Position numbers and translations under genes: made by a program. This document shows positions 61,639-64,000 of a DNA stretch of 64,000 nt, in pieces. The stretch covers positions 18,042,001 to 18,106,000 of the forward strand of contig OZ004615.1 of NCBI GenBank assembly GCA_963924565.1. Reading direction: 5' to 3'. The notes beneath the pieces were generated by a model that did not search any database, had not been told where the DNA came from, and saw nothing but the letters and a program-made list of their open reading frames with translations. Position 1 is the first letter of the stretch. The number at the start of each line of letters is the position of its first letter. This DNA comes from Ascidiella aspersa. Taxonomy: Eukaryota.

Positions 61639-63216
61639 TTAATCATTCATGTCTGGTTTAAGAATCCTTAGGCAACCACCAACTAAATGCAAACTTCCAG
61701 TAATTAAAATTTGAATGTGTTCACCTTGGAAAGGCGAAACCTCACTGTCATTCTGTAAAGATAATGACTGAGCAAGTGCATTAAGTTTTTCATCTCTTTC
61801 ATTAGAAATCCATTTTATTGCATCTGCAATGCATGGAAATACAGGGGCACCATGTATGGTTATTGGCATATTGTTAGCCTTGCACAAAGCTTTCCATCCA
61901 TCACGGTTGGTTAAGACTTGGTTCAATCTTGTTTCAATTGGACACTGCAAGTTATTTTGATCGTTTAACTCATCTTGAAGAAGGGTGGCAATATTAGGAA
62001 CAAAGATAGCAGTACTAAAGCCACAAGGATATAAAATAGAAAGCAGGCTAGCCGCATCTCGTTTTTTAGTGACATTGAATATTAACAGTTTTGTGCAAGG
62101 TTTACAGAGTTTTAATGCCTCTGCTTTTGACTGTTCTTCAAACCATCTTTGAGCACATTGTATGCTTCGCATTGTGTGAGCGCCATCAAGGTAAAATGTC
62201 ATTGAATCAAATTTGATGACTTGGGCTCTGCCATTCCACTGACAAGAGGAAAGTCCTTGTAAATGTGAAATGTTTAATGCATATTCATTAGGCCTTTCTT
62301 CATGTTTATGTTTCTGCAACCATTTATCAGCCAGTGCAATAGCAAGTGAAGCATTGACTTTCTGATGTTCACCTGGTAAGCCAAGTATTATTTCCCTGCC
62401 TAAGGTTGACACATACTTATCAAAATCAGGAGCAACTGTTAATGGGGACTTCTTATTTAAAGCTTCTTTTTCTATAACAAACAAACCATTTTCAGGTTGT
62501 GGAACTGTAAATACCGGCACTCCAGGCTTGATAATCCCAGCTTTGTGACTTGCAATGGAGGAAATTGTGTCTCCTAGCAGGTTTATGTGGTCAATACCCA
62601 AAGATGTAATGCCACAAACTGATGGCTGCTTTATAACATTGGTGCAATCATATGTACCACCTATTCCAACTTCTATAATAGCAGCTTGTACCTTTTCATG
62701 TTTAAACACATAAAAAGACATGGCAGCAAGAAAATAAAAGTAGGACGGCAATTTGATTCTAAATTTATCCTGAGATGAATCCAACAGGCTGTAAACCTCC
62801 CAAAAGTATTTGGAAAAAAGTTCTCTAGAAAGTGGTTTGCCATTTAGGCGGAATCTCTCTCTCGCTTCAATGAGATGTGGGGAGCTAAAGAAGCCTGTAT
62901 TTGTTCCATGTTGTCGTAAAATACTCTCTACAAAGGCACAAGTTGAGCCTTTACCTTTAGTTCCTGCCACATGAATAATATTCAACTTTGCCATATCATC
63001 ATCAGTTACATTAATTCTGTCCAAGAATTGTTGCATTGCAATTAATCCATGTCCTTCATACTTGGTTTCAAGAGGCATCATTTGAATACATTGCAATTCA
63101 TTTAAAGCCGCAACAGCCTCATCATACTTTTCATTCTTGTGAGCCATTGGGCTTTTAATGCTAGAAAATCCACGTTGCATACGCAAATTCAATACTCGTT
63201 TACTTAAAGCAAACAT
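61639..63216 (-). CDS. FPGS: Folylpolyglutamate synthase, intron-free CDS, 525 aa
   Basis: IIHVAGTKGKGSTCAF (P-loop), GFFSSPHL, EVGIGG.YD.TN, LGIDH, HKAGI, YLDGAHT and LITGSLHLVG. Basic/hydroxylated N-terminus resembles a mitochondrial transit peptide. Confidence 0.95.
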   Translation of the reverse strand: MFALSKRVLNLRMQRGFSSIKSPMAHKNEKYDEAVAALNELQCIQMMPLETKYEGHGLIAMQQFLDRINVTDDDMAKLNIIHVAGTKGKGSTCAFVESILRQHGTNTGFFSSPHLIEARERFRLNGKPLSRELFSKYFWEVYSLLDSSQDKFRIKLPSYFYFLAAMSFYVFKHEKVQAAIIEVGIGGTYDCTNVIKQPSVCGITSLGIDHINLLGDTISSIASHKAGIIKPGVPVFTVPQPENGLFVIEKEALNKKSPLTVAPDFDKYVSTLGREIILGLPGEHQKVNASLAIALADKWLQKHKHEERPNEYALNISHLQGLSSCQWNGRAQVIKFDSMTFYLDGAHTMRSIQCAQRWFEEQSKAEALKLCKPCTKLLIFNVTKKRDAASLLSILYPCGFSTAIFVPNIATLLQDELNDQNNLQCPIETRLNQVLTNRDGWKALCKANNMPITIHGAPVFPCIADAIKWISNERDEKLNALAQSLSLQNDSEVSPFQGEHIQILITGSLHLVGGCLRILKPDMND

Positions 63217-64000
63217 TATGTTTGCACATCATTGTATGCAACCAACAGCTGATATGCAGACTATAGAAAAACATTTAAGCATAATGAACAAGTTTAAATA
63301 TTTACAGTATGTGGTGTGGACTGTGCAAGTACATTTAGGTCAAGTCTAGTCTGCATTTGGTGGCACATCAACCAGTGTGTGGCGCAACACCGAAAAAAAT
63401 GGGTCTATATAAAACGAATATAAAAAGTTTAGGTGTACTGAATCGCTTTTGATCAAAATGAACTACCTTTGGCCCTGGTCTAGAGTCCTACAACTTTTTT
63501 ACAGCAAGAAAGGTACAGTAACTAAAACGAGTTGTCAAAATTAAAATTGCAAGGGATGAAAATAGGAGAGTGGAGACTAAATATATAATAATAATACTGG
63601 ACCCACCCGAACATGAACCCAAAGGCTATAGCTATTTTTTTCAGTTTGCAATTCTAAACGACGACTGGTTCGATTACTGTACTGTACCTAAAAAAGGTGG
63701 ATTCTTTAGACCAGCGCCGTCCTTTCTAATATGTTTTGACCAATTTTTTGTTGATTGACAATATTTTTAATAGATAGCAAGTTTTATTTTAGGCATGGAA
63801 GAAAATAAAGTTTTGCCTCTGCCTATTAAAACGAATGTTTTTTAAGCTCTTGGACTTCTCAATTACAAAGCACCTAAATGAACAAAAAACTTTAGCGCCT
63901 TTCGTAGTCGGGCTCTAATCGTGCGTAACGTGATAAATTTGTTTCTTTTATACAGTGGTTCTTAATCTAAACCTGTGCACATAGCGACTTTTTACTGTGT

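Noticed and set aside
1-64000. CRISPR arrays, prokaryotic operon signals, autonomous transposase or reverse transcriptase ORFs, rRNA
   Set aside because: None seen; the window is spliced eukaryotic DNA and the repeats found are short non-autonomous elements.

Overview
AT-rich, compact eukaryotic genomic DNA. It is most plausibly an invertebrate chordate (ascidian-like), an inference from gene content, intron sizes, hAT-type MITEs and a mosaic CpG pattern. Six protein-coding genes can be reconstructed by hand: a 7-exon secreted EndoU ribonuclease (+, 2947-6600); a 7-exon Wnt6-like gene (-, 8149-21819); a 17-exon MAP3K2/3 (MEKK2/3) kinase (-, 37349-54971); and three intron-free ORFs on the - strand, SLC17A9/VNUT, PARP2-like and FPGS. 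About 14 kb of non-coding DNA lies upstream of the Wnt. Main points of interest: (1) the Wnt6-like protein is remodelled, with a ~105-aa extension before its signal sequence, a ~60-aa Arg/Lys-rich insert, and paired loss of one index-finger disulfide; (2) two candidate dicistronic operons (FPGS-PARP2 and SLC17A9-MAP3K2/3), supported by short spacing, splice acceptors and a continuous CpG-depletion footprint; (3) a sharp CpG boundary inside the single-exon PARP ORF; (4) an intronic tRNA-like Pol III unit with a broken anticodon arm; (5) strong over-representation of TGACGTCA. All gene models are manual and need RNA confirmation.
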